61,853 nt of DNA from Bacteroidales bacterium. GTDB taxonomy: Bacteria; Bacteroidota; Bacteroidia; Bacteroidales; VadinHA17. A program made the position numbers and the translations under genes. The notes beneath the pieces were generated by a model. That model was not told where the DNA came from and searched no databases. It saw only the letters and a list, made by a program, of their open reading frames with translations. Below are positions 11,245-21,200 of the stretch, piece after piece. Position 1 is the stretch's first letter, and each line of letters starts with the position of its first letter. The stretch spans positions 1 through 61,853 of the forward strand of contig JAGGXD010000142.1 in assembly GCA_021163295.1 (NCBI GenBank). The letters run 5' to 3'.

Positions 11245-12366
11245 ATGGCTATTCAAATAATACAAGTTAAATCAAAAAGCGACCTGCGAAAATTTATTTA
11301 TCTTCCGGATAATTTGCATAAAGATCATAAAACGTGGGTCCCTCCATTATACACAGATGAGTGGAAGTTCCTTAATCCAAAAGAGAACAAAGCGTTAACA
11401 TATTCAGATACAATTCTTTTTTTAGCCTATCTGGATAATGAAGTCGTAGGACGAATTATGGGGATTATTAATAAGAACCATAACAGGCTAAATAATTTAA
11501 AAAATGGACGATTCTTTCTGCCAGAGTCAATAAATAACCAGGAAGTTTTACATAAGTTAATATCATATGTTGAAGATTGGGCGAAAGAAAAAGGAATGGA
11601 TAAACTGGTAGGTCCTCTTGGTTTTTCTGACAAAGACCCCCAGGGCTTTCTTATCGAGGGCTTTGAGCACCGTGCAATTATCGCGACTCCATGTAATCAT
11701 AAATATATGGTGGATCTTATGGCAAATGAGGGATTTACAAAAGAGGTTGACCTTCTTGATTTTGTTATTCAGGTACCTAAAAAAGTACCTGAGGTTTATG
11801 AAAGAATATTTCAACGAGCTTCCCGTAAAGAGGGTTTTATTTTACATGAATTTAAGAAACGTAAGGAACTTAAAGCTTATATTACACCTGTACTCAGATT
11901 AATGAATGAAAGTTACAGTCATATTTATGGTTTCGTTCCTATTGAAGAGGATGAGATGATAAAACTGGCTAAACAATATATACCAATCCTGGATCCAAAA
12001 TATGTTAAAGCTATTACTCTTGATGATGAAGTAGTAGCTTTTGCAATTGGTATACCTGATTTTAGTGAGGGACTTCAAAAATCGCGTGGCAGATTATTCC
12101 CCTTTGGAATTTTTAAGATTATGAAAGCAATGAAGAATACAGACCGGGTGAATCTTCTGCTTGGAGCAGTGAAACCGAAATATCAAAACCAGGGACTTAA
12201 TGTTGTTATAGCAGCAAAATTTTTTGAAACTGCAATTGCTAATGGGATAAAAGAACTTGAAAGTCACCTTATCCTTGAAACCAATACCAAAATGCTAGGA
12301 GAAGTCAAAAAAGTTGGAGGAAAATTATATAAACAATTCAGGATCTTTAAAAAGGATCTATTATAA
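11245..12366 (+). CDS. Hypothetical protein, possibly a GNAT-like acyltransferase
   Basis: 373-aa ORF with a C-terminal YQNQGLN segment resembling GNAT motif A. The assignment is weak. Confidence 0.4.
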   Translation: MAIQIIQVKSKSDLRKFIYLPDNLHKDHKTWVPPLYTDEWKFLNPKENKALTYSDTILFLAYLDNEVVGRIMGIINKNHNRLNNLKNGRFFLPESINNQEVLHKLISYVEDWAKEKGMDKLVGPLGFSDKDPQGFLIEGFEHRAIIATPCNHKYMVDLMANEGFTKEVDLLDFVIQVPKKVPEVYERIFQRASRKEGFILHEFKKRKELKAYITPVLRLMNESYSHIYGFVPIEEDEMIKLAKQYIPILDPKYVKAITLDDEVVAFAIGIPDFSEGLQKSRGRLFPFGIFKIMKAMKNTDRVNLLLGAVKPKYQNQGLNVVIAAKFFETAIANGIKELESHLILETNTKMLGEVKKVGGKLYKQFRIFKKDLL

Positions 12367-12368
12367 TT

Positions 12369-12396
12369 CAATCCTCAGTCCACAGTCTACAGTCAG
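12369..12396 (+). repeat. 4 x heptad array (CAATCCT CAGTCCA CAGTCTA CAGTCAG)
   Basis: Read directly. It begins 2 nt after the stop of the 11245..12366 gene. Confidence 0.9.
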
Positions 12397-12474
12397 CAAA
12401 AATGCAAAGTATATTTTTAACTTTATTCATTCTCCTCATCACTTCTTCTCCTCATTTCCCAATACACTGAATAG

Positions 12475-14340
12475 TTACAAAAATTTAAAAGTAAAACCTA
12501 CATTTATTAATTCCTTAAATTGTGTTCGCGGACCGGAACCGATATTAGTCCCTTCATCATTAAACAACGGAACCTCAATATTATCGTCATAAATAAGGTG
12601 AGTTGAAATGTTGGCATTAATATAGTAGTTTATTCTCATCTTAAGAGTAGCTTCCCAGTCAATATCAATATTTTGGGGATCTTTTAAATAATTTGTAAAC
12701 AAAGAAAGCTTATTATCAAGTGAGATATCGTCGTTAATTTTTAACAAGAATTTTGCTTTCATATACCCTCCCATTTCCGATTTTATTTTCCGGTCAGGAT
12801 TCAAACCATATTTGGTCTGGTCTATATTAACAGTATCCCGCACAATTGTCGATTTGGAAGTTATTGGGGATATTAAAATTGATGTAGTTTTGTTGGGTTT
12901 ATAATCCAGACCAAGGGCAAAAAACAATCGACTGGGAGACATAAAAGAGGATACTATTACAGAATCGTTAGGGTAATTATAACCAGCTGCAATTTGGCTC
13001 TTCATACTAACAAGAAAACTGTAATACCAATTTTTCAGACTTTCCTTCCCATGCTTTTCCATTATTTTCCGGCCTAGGTTACCAAAAGCTTTTTGTCCGA
13101 ATTTTGTATTGATCTCCCATAAATCATCATTTTTCCTCAGTCCTTTTTCTCCAGTTTTCATTAATCCATATTTAAACCGGAAATTATTTTCCCACTTGGT
13201 CTTGTTTTTTGTGAAGTTGGCAAACGAAGTAAAATTTCCAAGTGCCGAAATAGAACTCTCTCCCCCTTTAACCCAGTTTGATAGATACCCCTGGGTAAAG
13301 TTTATTCCTGTTTCAGCCCCGAATTTCCAATAAATCGGTTTAATCACTACCGGTGTTATCTTACGAAGATCAGCATCCGGTTTTTCTTCTTCAAACTTAA
13401 AATCATCAATTTTTTTATTCCTGCTGAACTTCTTGAAATATACACCATCATCCAAAGTAAGCTTAATACCTTTCCGTCCTACATTTTCCACCCATAACCC
13501 GATTGAATCCATTACCTCATTTTTCAACCAGAACCTGGAAAAACTTTTTCCTTTCTTGTTTACCCATACATTTGTTGAATCATTTGCCAGATTCATCATC
13601 CAAACCATCATTGAATCTTTTCTTATCTCTTCAATAAGCAGATTCACAGCATATCTTAATGAATCACCTATCCCGGGTTCTTTAATTTCGAGAAATGGAA
13701 TATCAAGAGTATCAGTAATATATAATCTTAAGGAATCACCTATATGGATAATTGTAGAATCAGCCAGGATCCCCACAACAGAATCAGCTAAGATCTGTTG
13801 GGTAATGGTTGAATCACTAATATTCAATAATTGTTCTGATGTTACTGTATCAATTTGTGTTTCCATTGTACTGTCAGACAATGATCTTAACTGTTGTAAG
13901 ATCGTATCTTTGGGGAAAGTGGAATAATTAAGATTATTAAATGGATAGGATTCGAGATATTTCATGGTTGAATCAACAGGACTATTTATCACATACCAGG
14001 CAATCCGGTACAGAGCATGGCGTAAGGGATCGTTAGGATTCTCCCATATTTCATTATTCATATAATGCGACATAAGGTACTCCACAGCTACCCTGGTTGA
14101 ATCATTTAACTCATTCATCATTTTATTCCAGTGCAATGTATCTAAGGCAAAAAAATCATTAGTAATATATATTGTATCTTTCTCAACCAATAAAATTGTA
14201 TCTTTTTCAATTATTATTATTGTGTCAGGTGTGTTCATCAATTTATTTATATCCGGTCGGTTTACTTTAACCGAATCTAACTGTCCGTAAAGACTAATAC
14301 CAAAACTGATAAGTAATAATATTAATAATAATTTTTTCAT
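12475..14340 (-). CDS. Outer-membrane beta-barrel protein with a DUF3078-like C-terminal domain
   Basis: Signal peptide. INFTQGYLSNWVKGGESS is the DUF3078 hallmark. The C-terminus ends in an aromatic residue (FTFKFL). Confidence 0.6.
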   Translation of the reverse strand: MKKLLLILLLISFGISLYGQLDSVKVNRPDINKLMNTPDTIIIIEKDTILLVEKDTIYITNDFFALDTLHWNKMMNELNDSTRVAVEYLMSHYMNNEIWENPNDPLRHALYRIAWYVINSPVDSTMKYLESYPFNNLNYSTFPKDTILQQLRSLSDSTMETQIDTVTSEQLLNISDSTITQQILADSVVGILADSTIIHIGDSLRLYITDTLDIPFLEIKEPGIGDSLRYAVNLLIEEIRKDSMMVWMMNLANDSTNVWVNKKGKSFSRFWLKNEVMDSIGLWVENVGRKGIKLTLDDGVYFKKFSRNKKIDDFKFEEEKPDADLRKITPVVIKPIYWKFGAETGINFTQGYLSNWVKGGESSISALGNFTSFANFTKNKTKWENNFRFKYGLMKTGEKGLRKNDDLWEINTKFGQKAFGNLGRKIMEKHGKESLKNWYYSFLVSMKSQIAAGYNYPNDSVIVSSFMSPSRLFFALGLDYKPNKTTSILISPITSKSTIVRDTVNIDQTKYGLNPDRKIKSEMGGYMKAKFLLKINDDISLDNKLSLFTNYLKDPQNIDIDWEATLKMRINYYINANISTHLIYDDNIEVPLFNDEGTNIGSGPRTQFKELINVGFTFKFL

Positions 14341-14406
14341 TCATTTAAAATTTTCCTAAATCAACCTTTAATGTTTCTTAACGTATTTAAGTTTTGTTAA
14401 TTTTCT

Positions 14407-14414
14407 TAACTTTG
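14407..14414 (+). promoter_or_regulatory. Bacteroidota-type -7 promoter box upstream of the tryptophanase-like gene leader
   Basis: TAACTTTG. It would give a leader of about 270 nt. Confidence 0.3.
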
Positions 14415-14692
14415 TTATTTAACTGCAAAAATAATTAATAGTCTTTAAAATATGTATTGTTGTTCGGATTTTTAATAACACACTATTCAACAATTCATTA
14501 ATAGCAAACAGCAAAATGAAATTCTTCGATATTAAAACCCGCATGCAATATATAAACATAAAAAACAGGGATTCTTTTTCCCGCCGTTAACTCTCCCGGG
14601 CAGAAAAATTTCTGCCATAACCACATCACTATTATAATTTCTATTTTTAATAATTTACATTTACTATTTACCAAATCTCAATAAAATACTAT

Positions 14693-16072
14693 ATGGACTT
14701 ACCATTTGCCGAACCTTATAAAATAAAAATGGTTGAATCTCTTCATAAAAGCACAAAAAATGAAAGACTCAATTGGATAAAGAATGCAAAGTACAACCTT
14801 TTTAACCTAAAAAGCGAACAGGTATTTATCGACCTGCTTACCGATTCAGGAACAGGAGCTATGAGCGATAAACAATGGTCGGCCCTGATGCAGGGAGATG
14901 AAAGTTATGCAGGTGCTTCTTCGTATGAAAAATTAAAAAATGCAGTGAAAGAAATAACCGGATTTGAATACTTTCTGCCCACTCACCAGGGACGTGCAGC
15001 CGAAAATGTACTATTCTCGGCTCTTATTAAAGAAGGAGATATAATACCCGGGAACACACACTTTGATACAACAAAAGGACATATTGAGTTTAGAAAAGCA
15101 ATTGCGGTGGATTGCACTATTGATGAAGCTGTTGACACAACTGTTTATCATCCTTTTAAAGGTAATATAGACCTTGACAAACTGGGAAAAGTGCTGAAAG
15201 AAAATCAAAAGGGAAAAATTCCTTTTATTATTGTTACACTCACCTGTAACAGCGCCGGTGGTCAACCTGTAAGTCTTGATAATCTAAAAAATATTCATGA
15301 ACTGGCGAAGAAATATGGAGTTTTGGTTATTTACGATTCAGCTCGTTTTGCCGAAAACGCATTTTTTATCAAATCCCGGGAAGAAAAACAGAAAAGAAAA
15401 AGTATCCGTGAGATTGTGAGAGAGATGTTCTCATACGCTGATGGGATGACAATGAGCAGTAAAAAGGATGCGATTGTAAATATGGGAGGTTTTATCGGAT
15501 TACGCGATAAAGAACTTTATATGAAAGCAACAACCTACAATATTATGTTTGAAGGATTCATAACCTACGGAGGATTATCAGGAAGAGACATGGAGGCACT
15601 GGCTCAGGGATTATACGAAGGAACAGAATATGATTTTCTTGAGTCACGGATCAACCAGGTGCATTACCTTGGCAAACTACTTAAAGATCAAGGCATTCCT
15701 GTTCAGGAACCATTCGGTGGTCATGCAATATTTGTTGATGCAAAACGGTTTCTGCCTAATATACCTAAAGAAGAATTTCCTGCCCAAACACTAGCTACAG
15801 AATTCTATATTGACGGAGGTGTCAGGTGTGTTGAAATTGGCGCTTTGCTTGCAGACAGGGATCCTGTTACCAGGAAAAACAGGTATCCTGAACTTGAACT
15901 GGTTCGTCTGGCAATACCAAGAAGGGTATATACAAATAACCACATAGATTATGTAGCTGCCTCGTTAGCAAGAGTATATAAAAGAAGGGATACATACAGA
16001 AAAGGATTAAGAATTATATGGGAAGCCCCAATTATGAGACATTTTACTGTAGAGCTTGAACCTGTTCAATAA
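14693..16072 (+). CDS. Beta-eliminating lyase (tryptophanase / tyrosine phenol-lyase family)
   Basis: EPYKIKMVE, IDLLTDSGTGAMSD and the PLP-lysine motif SSKKDAIVNMGGF are present. Length is 459 aa. TnaA and Tpl cannot be told apart by eye. Confidence 0.9.
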   Translation: MDLPFAEPYKIKMVESLHKSTKNERLNWIKNAKYNLFNLKSEQVFIDLLTDSGTGAMSDKQWSALMQGDESYAGASSYEKLKNAVKEITGFEYFLPTHQGRAAENVLFSALIKEGDIIPGNTHFDTTKGHIEFRKAIAVDCTIDEAVDTTVYHPFKGNIDLDKLGKVLKENQKGKIPFIIVTLTCNSAGGQPVSLDNLKNIHELAKKYGVLVIYDSARFAENAFFIKSREEKQKRKSIREIVREMFSYADGMTMSSKKDAIVNMGGFIGLRDKELYMKATTYNIMFEGFITYGGLSGRDMEALAQGLYEGTEYDFLESRINQVHYLGKLLKDQGIPVQEPFGGHAIFVDAKRFLPNIPKEEFPAQTLATEFYIDGGVRCVEIGALLADRDPVTRKNRYPELELVRLAIPRRVYTNNHIDYVAASLARVYKRRDTYRKGLRIIWEAPIMRHFTVELEPVQ

Positions 16073-16100
16073 GGAAAATTGAAAATTCTATCGATTATCG

Positions 16101-16108
16101 TAACTTTG
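16101..16108 (+). promoter_or_regulatory. Bacteroidota-type -7 promoter box upstream of yicC
   Basis: TAACTTTG, 16 nt upstream of the ATG. Confidence 0.4.
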
Positions 16109-16124
16109 TTATAAAAACACATCT

Positions 16125-17000
16125 ATGATCCACTCAATGACCGGTTTTGGAAAAACCATTTGTGAACTTCAGGAAAAAAAATTTAATATCGAAGTTAAAT
16201 CACTAAACAGCAAACAGCTTGATATTTATACCAGAGTTCCTCATATATATAAAGAGAAAGAATTAGAGATCCGTAATCTTCTGAAACAAAAACTCGATCG
16301 CGGAAAAGTAGAGTTTGGTATTTACATTGACAGTTTAGAAGACGAAAAAACTGCTAATATCAACAAAAGTGTAATAATAAACTACTTCAAACAGTTAAAA
16401 GAAATAACAGGTGAACTTAATATTGAGCAAAGTGAACAGTTATTACCTGCTATTATGCGATTACCTGATACTGTAAAATCTGAATATGATGTATTGGATG
16501 AAAAAGAATGGGAAAAGGTATTATTTTGTATCAGGGAAGCTATCACAGAATTGATCAGCTTCCGTACACATGAAGGAAAAGATTTGGAAAAAGATATAAT
16601 TGAAAGAGTGAAAATGATTGAATTATGTCTTCAACAGGTTGAGCCACTTGAAAAAGAAAGAATTAACAGGATAAGGCAAAGATTAAATAACAATTTACAT
16701 GAGTTTATCTCAACTGATAATTTTGACACTAACAGACTTGAACAGGAAATAATTTTTTACCTCGAAAAGCTTGATATTACTGAAGAAAAAGTCAGGTTAA
16801 AAACCCATTGTAAGTATTTTTTGGAAAATGTATCCAAAGGATCTCCTATAGGGAAAAAACTTGGATTTATATCACAGGAAATGGGAAGAGAGATTAATAC
16901 ACTCGGTTCTAAAGCTAATGATACCGGAATTCAGAAACTGGTTATCCAAATGAAAGATGAGTTGGAAAAGATAAAAGAACAATTACTAAATGTATTATAG
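16125..17000 (+). CDS. yicC: YicC-family stress-induced protein
   Basis: N-terminus MIHSMTGFG and C-terminal EMGREINTLGSKAN motif, 291 aa. Confidence 0.85.
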   Translation: MIHSMTGFGKTICELQEKKFNIEVKSLNSKQLDIYTRVPHIYKEKELEIRNLLKQKLDRGKVEFGIYIDSLEDEKTANINKSVIINYFKQLKEITGELNIEQSEQLLPAIMRLPDTVKSEYDVLDEKEWEKVLFCIREAITELISFRTHEGKDLEKDIIERVKMIELCLQQVEPLEKERINRIRQRLNNNLHEFISTDNFDTNRLEQEIIFYLEKLDITEEKVRLKTHCKYFLENVSKGSPIGKKLGFISQEMGREINTLGSKANDTGIQKLVIQMKDELEKIKEQLLNVL

Positions 17001-17565
17001 AAAAGGGAAAATGGTTATTTTCTCGGCTCCATCAGGAGCCGGGAAAACTACGATTGTAAAACGTTTGCTTAAACATAATCCGGATCTGGTGTTTTCAATC
17101 TCGGCATGCACAAGAAGAAAACGAATAAAGGAGGTTAACGGAAAGGATTATTATTTCTTAACAGTTAATGATTTCAAAGAAAAGATAAAAAACAACGATT
17201 TTATTGAATGGGAAGAGGTTTACACTGACCATTTTTATGGTACACTAAAAAGTGAAGTTTACAGAATATGGGAAAAGGGCAAACATGTAATCTTTGATGT
17301 AGATGTTGTCGGAGGTCTTAATATTAAGAAACAATTTGGCACACAAGCATTATCAATATTTGTTGAACCCCCATCCATTAAAGAACTTAAAAAACGACTT
17401 GTAAACAGGTCGGAAGATAGTAAAGAAAATATACAAAAACGTGTGGAGAAAGCCAAACAGGAATTGACCTATGCTGAACAATTCGATATTGTAATTATAA
17501 ACAAAAATATTGATATTGCAACCGACGAAGCTATTACTGTTGTTTCCGGTTTTCTGAAAATATAA
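16990..17565 (+). CDS. gmk: Guanylate kinase
   Basis: P-loop SAPSGAGKTT, 191 aa. An alternative start exists at 17011. Confidence 0.9.
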   Translation: MYYRKGKMVIFSAPSGAGKTTIVKRLLKHNPDLVFSISACTRRKRIKEVNGKDYYFLTVNDFKEKIKNNDFIEWEEVYTDHFYGTLKSEVYRIWEKGKHVIFDVDVVGGLNIKKQFGTQALSIFVEPPSIKELKKRLVNRSEDSKENIQKRVEKAKQELTYAEQFDIVIINKNIDIATDEAITVVSGFLKI

Positions 17566-17586
17566 CTGATTATTTCAAATAAGATA

Positions 17587-18186
17587 ATGAAGAAAACCGG
17601 TTTATATTTTGGCTCTTTTAATCCTATTCATATCGGGCATCTGGCTATTGCGAACTATATGATAGAATTTTCATCCGATCTTGACCATATCTGGTTCGTT
17701 ATCAGTCCGCAGAACCCCTTGAAGAAAAGATCCACTCTCCTGGCCAATCATCACCGGCTTCATCTTGCAGAACTGGCGATTGGGAATGATCCTGAACTGA
17801 AAGTATCTGATATTGAATTTAATTTACCCAGACCCTCTTATACAATTGATACACTTACATATCTTGAAGAACGATATCCAACTAACCGGTTTGCTTTAAT
17901 TATGGGTGCAGATAACCTTAGTACAATTAGTAAATGGAAGAATCATGATCTGCTACTCAAAAAATATGAAATCTACGTTTATCCCAGACCCGGATACCCA
18001 GCAGACCAAATTGGTACTGATAAAAACATATTGGAAAATGCAAAAATCCACATTGTTGATGCACCACTAATGGAAATCTCCTCCAACTTTATTCGTACAT
18101 CGCTAAAAAAAGGAAAAAATATCCGGTACTTCCTGCCGCCCAAAGTTTTTGAATACATAAGGGAAATGCATTTTTATGAAAAGTAA
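17587..18186 (+). CDS. nadD: Nicotinate-nucleotide adenylyltransferase
   Basis: GLYFGSFNPIHIGHL (HxGH nucleotidyltransferase motif) and ISSNFIR motif. Confidence 0.9.
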   Translation: MKKTGLYFGSFNPIHIGHLAIANYMIEFSSDLDHIWFVISPQNPLKKRSTLLANHHRLHLAELAIGNDPELKVSDIEFNLPRPSYTIDTLTYLEERYPTNRFALIMGADNLSTISKWKNHDLLLKKYEIYVYPRPGYPADQIGTDKNILENAKIHIVDAPLMEISSNFIRTSLKKGKNIRYFLPPKVFEYIREMHFYEK

Positions 18187-18191
18187 GAAGA

Positions 18192-18223
18192 GAGGTGATG
18201 AGGTGATGAGGTGATGAGGTGAT
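18192..18223 (+). repeat. 4 x perfect GAGGTGAT octamer array
   Basis: Read directly. It sits in the 46-bp convergent spacer between nadD and the SpoIIE sensor gene. Confidence 0.95.
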
Positions 18224-18232
18224 GTAAAGAGA

Positions 18233-21200
18233 TTAAATCTTAAAACCCAAAACAACAATATCATCAATTTGCTCATGTTCTCCCCGCCATTCAGTAATAG
18301 TTTTATTGAGAATTTCTTTTTGGGTTATCATATCCTCATCCTGTATATCAACCAATAATTGTTTAAATTTTCTGCTCTTGAATTTTTTTCCTTCCGGGCC
18401 TCCAAACTGGTCGGCATAACCATCGGAAAACATATAAAAAGAATCACCTGTCTCAATTGGAATCTCATGTTTTGTAAATTCATCCATTTTTACATGAATA
18501 GCAACCGGCATCCGGTTTCCCCTGGTTTGTATCAGTTCCTTATTCCTTACCAGGTAGAGAGGATTATTTGCTCCTGCAAACGACAAGCGTTTCAATTTTT
18601 TATTATAAGAGCAAACAGCAATATCCATTCCATCCTTTGATTCAGTTTCCATGCCTCTTTGCCTGAGAGCAGTTACAATATTTTCTCTTAAGGAATTTAA
18701 AATTTTATCCGGGGAGGTGATATTATCTTTATCAACAATTTCATTTAAAAATGATATGCCAAGCATACTCATAAAAGCACCGGGGACACCATGGCCGGTA
18801 CAATCTGCAGCAATAATAATAAGTGATTCGTTTTTTTCTTTCACCCAGTAAAAATCTCCGCTAACAATATCTTTTGGCAGGTAAAGCACAAATGAATCCT
18901 TCAGATTATCCTTAATCACTTGTAAAGATGGCAATATTGCATCCTGAATTCGTTTTGCATACCTGATACTATCGGTGATATCAGTATTTTTCTGTTCAAT
19001 AATATCTTTTTGATCCTCAATCTCATTTTTTTGTTTCCGTATCTCAATGGTTCGTTCAGTTACTTTCTGTTCGAGTATCCGTTTTTCACGAATTAATTGC
19101 TTTTCACGATACTTGATATATATAATAATGGTTACAATTGCCAAAACAACTATAATTGTAATAAACCACCATGTTTGATAAAACGGGGGTTTAATAGTAA
19201 AATCAAATGTAACAGGGACTTCATTCCATATCCCGTTTTCATTTTCAGATATAACCATGAATGAATAATCACCCGGTCTTATTCCAGAGTATGTTTGTTC
19301 TGATAATTGTCGGGATGGCGACCAGTCCTTATCTACAGGATCAAGCATATATTTATATCTGACATTTTCAGGATTAGACAAGGATATTCCTGTCCATTTA
19401 AAAGTCATATGGTTTTCACTATGCGGTAATCTGAGTGACTGTGGGAGTAAAGTCCATGGATACAAACTATCGGCATAGTCAGTCCAATTGACTTTTTTAT
19501 ACTGTAGATCCAGTTCCGTTAAATGATTTATTAGTGGTTTAATATTGATTTTCTCCAATCCGGGTTTATAACATGTAATTCCCTTAACTGTGCCAAACCA
19601 TATATTTCCTTTATTATCTTTAAGAATCGAATTCAGGTTATTCTCCATTCCGATAAACCCATTTGATTTATAATAGTTTTTTACACTTATTATTTCACCT
19701 TTCTTATCCAAAACAAGTTTGTCAAATCCCATATTGGTTCCAACAAGAAGCACACTATCGTTCTGGAATACAAGAGAGTAGATATTCATAGACCTGAGCA
19801 TGCTATTATCTGCAACTAGTTTAATTGGTTGTTCTTCCTCTGAATTTATTTCATATTTAAACAGGCCGCCACCATTTGTTCCAATCCATATATTTCCTTG
19901 TGTATCTTCGGCAAGTGCATAAATTTCTTTATAATACAATCCCTCTTCTTCATCAAAAGTGATCATTGAATTTTCTTTAATTTTTGCCAGACCGGCAAGT
20001 GTACCAACCCAGATATTTCCTTTTATATCCTCGATAATAGTCTGGACTTCATTATGTGGTAATTCGAAATTTTCCTCATTAATTGTTAAAAACCCTTTAT
20101 CGTTTAACAAGCTTATTCCTCCCCTGGTGCCACACCAGACCTGTCCCCTGGAGTCAACCATAATACAATTTACATGGTTATTAACCAGATGACTCTCTTC
20201 AGAATAGTTAATAAACTTTTTCCCGTCAAATTTAGAAATACCATTTTCTTTAGTTGCCAGCCATATATTATTGTCTGCCGTAACAAATATTGAATTTATA
20301 TAGTTACCGGGTAATCCATTTTCAATAGTATATGATTTAAAAAAAGGTTTCTCGTTATTAAAAGTTGCTTTTATTAATCCCCCACCATGTGAAGCCAGCC
20401 AGTAATTCCCCATTGTATCCTGGTCAATATCGTATATTTGACTATTAGTCAGACCTTGTTCTTCGGTATAATGACAAAAATGTTCTCCCATTAACCTGCA
20501 TATCCCATTGCTAAATGTGCCTGTCCAAATATTTTCCTCGTTATCCTGTAATAGGCATAGCACTTGTTTATCAGGATAACCCTGCTCAATCGAATAATTC
20601 CTGAATCTATCCTGGTCATATTTTACAATTCCTGTTTTATCTGTACCGAACCAAATATTCCCATCGTTATCTGAGAGGATATCCCAGACAGTGTTATCGG
20701 GGAATCCGTTATTTATATTAAAAGTTCTTATCTTACCCAGACTTGAATCGGTAAAACCTTCAATTTTAAATACTCCTTCATCAAAAGTACCAAACCAAAG
20801 ATTTCCTTTTTTGTCTTCTTCAATGGATAAAATATTATCACTCGGAATAATTCCCCGGAATAATTTATCTACCTGTAATTCTGCACTATCTGAAAAAGTT
20901 AAAATATTAATACCTCCACCATAAAATGCCAACCATAATCGTTCATACCTGTCTTCATAAATATCAAATATTATATTGTTGCTTAAACCATCTATATATG
21001 AATAAGTTCTAATATTAACAGAATCATAATTATTAATAAATTCTATCTTATTTAAACCTTCGTCCGTACCTGCCCAGATATTGTTGTTTTTATCTTCATA
21101 AATCTTCAAAACCAGGGTTCCTGATAAACCATCATCTTTGCTGATAGTACGAAATAAATATCCGTTATAAAAACTAATCCCATCGTCTGTCCCAAACCAT

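Noticed and set aside
13433-13927. 164-aa plus-strand ORF. Similar shadow ORFs lie at 24256-24606, 50327-50794, 52568-52990, 53735-54064 and 54786-55112.
   Set aside because: All are nested antisense within well-supported genes and have no motifs. They are typical of AT-rich genomes with few stop codons on the opposite strand.
18192-18223. Whether any of the short tandem arrays (18192, 51816, 53003, 56869 and the heptads) could be CRISPR arrays.
   Set aside because: The units are 7-17 bp and directly abutting, with no spacers. No cas genes are present, so these are not CRISPR.
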